This document shows positions 62,266 through 64,000 of a stretch of DNA of 64,000 bases, in pieces (within the stretch, counting starts at the first letter, position 1; each line of letters opens with the position of its first letter). Where the stretch lies: positions 107,818,001-107,882,000 of the forward strand of contig OZ024742.1 in NCBI GenBank assembly GCA_964016885.1. The letters are read 5' to 3'. Both the position numbers and the translations under genes were made by a program. The stretch is from Eledone cirrhosa. Taxonomy: Eukaryota. Below the pieces are notes generated by a model. It was not told the DNA's origin. It worked only from the letters and a program-made list of their open reading frames with translations, and made no database searches.

Positions 62266-62804
62266 GAGGTGAAACATGCTAATTTTCTGGATACCTGCCG
62301 ATGACCACAGAAATTGGAATCTTTCACTTTTTTAAATTATCGTTGCGAAACTTATTTGGGTTTTGAAATTTAAATTTGTCTGCGGAACAGGTTTGGATTT
62401 TGAAATTTAAATTTGTCCGGGTATCACGGTTATTACCAATATGGGTTTGTTTTTATTGATTTATTATTTTAAATCGAGACAGGCAAACTGTATTAATTTA
62501 ATTAGTATTTTTCAATCTAGCTAACTTGGCCATTTACAATACAAACACTAATATGTCTATACTGGTGTTTATCATATATTAATTTATATTAACTTGTATT
62601 TCACGGCTCAGAAATGCTTCTTTCTTTGAGCTAATTAATTGTAGAAGACTGTTTGAGTTTATAACTCTAAATATAATATAGTATATATATATATATAGTT
62701 TCCATTTGTTTAATATCGTATATCTACTCCAAAACTTGTTGAGTGCTTTATATCAGTTATAAAATATTTACTCGTTGTAACCCAACAATTTTAAATAAAA
62801 CTTT

Positions 62805-62867
<63 letters not shown>

Positions 62868-62885
62868 GTGTATATATATATATAA

Positions 62886-62925
<40 letters not shown>

Positions 62926-62956
62926 GTATATATATATATATATGTATATATATGTA

Positions 62957-63430
62957 TTGTTATACTTTGGGAGGGTCATGTTGCCAATAAGAAACACACG
63001 CAACAGTTGCTTTAACTTTAATTTATTATAAATTTTATAAATTTTGTAAATATAAATTTCTGGTTGGTTGGTTCCACAACCGGATGGTTGTTCATATATT
63101 GTCAAAGTCCTTTCGTCACACATTCTGTGACCTCTTCAGTGACTAGGGATTATTTTCTTTGTTTTATGCCTCGCCTTTGTTCTGTCCTACGCCATCTTGT
63201 TTTTGTGTGTTGTGTGCTTAGTTTGCGCATGTGTTACATCCGGGTGTCTGTGTGTGTTTTTATTTGTTTATTTATTTGTTTATTTACATGTTACTAGTTA
63301 GTTGTCTGTTCTATGTGTGCGTGTTTTCATTTTGACCTTAATTATAAGTTGTGATGTTGCTATTCCATTCATGTTTTCTATTTAATTTTGGTTGGAGTTC
63401 ATTTATGCCTCTGATTTGTCTAAGCATTGC
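62957..63430 (-). mobile_element. 3' end of a related Penelope-like element
   Basis: Minus strand encodes LQPKLNRKHEWNSN (cf. RPRLNRKNEWNNN at 35.75 kb), then AAAT-rich UTR, hammerhead and the same terminus. Confidence 0.8.
63101..63143 (-). ncRNA. Minimal type I hammerhead in the PLE 3' region
   Basis: GTCA-CTGAAGA-g-GTCACA/TGTGAC-GAAAG-GA-CTT-TGAC; stems I and II perfect, stem III minimal. Confidence 0.65.
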
Positions 63431-63431
63431 G

Positions 63432-63545
<114 letters not shown>

Positions 63546-64000
63546 GACAGGGGGAAGAAAAAATGGCTTCACTTGTGCTTTCAACAAATTTATTTTCTTC
63601 ACAAAATCCAAAAAGAATTTTTTTTTCCCGGATTAGAAAAAATGTTTTAAAAAAAATTATTTTATAAATTAAGTTGTTGGTTGTTGGTTAGGTCTTAGGA
63701 GTTCTTGGTTAACGTAGGAGGTATTGTTTCGTTTTTAGAACGACCTTTCACGCTGAGGTGCGCTTGTCAAACTGATGTGTATGTGGTGTGTTGTTCCATA
63801 TATAGGGATTTAACATGTCTGTGGTGTGGTGGGGGTTTTTTCTCCCCCTTTAATAAGTGTATGGGTGTAGGTGTGTTGAAAAAGTGTTAATAGCAGTAAT
63901 GAGTTGAGACGGTGAGTAGGGTTGGGTGGGGAGAAATGTAGCAAGTGCGGCCTGCCCCGGTCATTCTCGAAAAATTCATTTATTCAGGGGAAACAGCTTT

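Overview
Eukaryotic, AT-rich, microsatellite-laden DNA; the SINE families suggest a cephalopod, probably Octopus (inference from recall, not a search). There is no prokaryotic content, CRISPR array, rRNA or real tRNA gene. Bases 1-27.6 kb hold a dense cluster of non-LTR retrotransposons, all sitting in (TTA)n/(TAA)n tracts. Three head-to-tail Tx1/L1-group elements come first: one intact, one with a 727-bp deletion, and one with a different 5'UTR+ORF1. Four short reverse-strand Tx1 3' ends follow (one with a twin-priming inversion), interleaved with three R4/Dong-type RLE elements (one with an intact 1130-aa ORF). A single host exon (19185-19299, minus) resembles a cationic amino-acid transporter (SLC7A/CAT family), so much of the window is probably intronic. 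The rest is decayed Penelope-like, CR1 and RTE fragments, many tRNA-derived SINEs, several hammerhead-ribozyme motifs, fold-back palindromes, a 14-bp minisatellite, microsatellites and a 200-N gap. Main leads: (1) a conserved 52-53 nt GT-AG intron over the Tx1 ORF1-stop/ORF2-start whose removal fuses ORF1 and ORF2 in frame in both ORF1 lineages; (2) two unrelated retrotransposon clades using the same TAA microsatellite in strictly opposite orientations; (3) palindromic insertions that fold back within what looks like hammerhead stem II; (4) a covarying 3' stem-loop shared by the SINE and the Tx1 element. All alignments and folds were done by eye.
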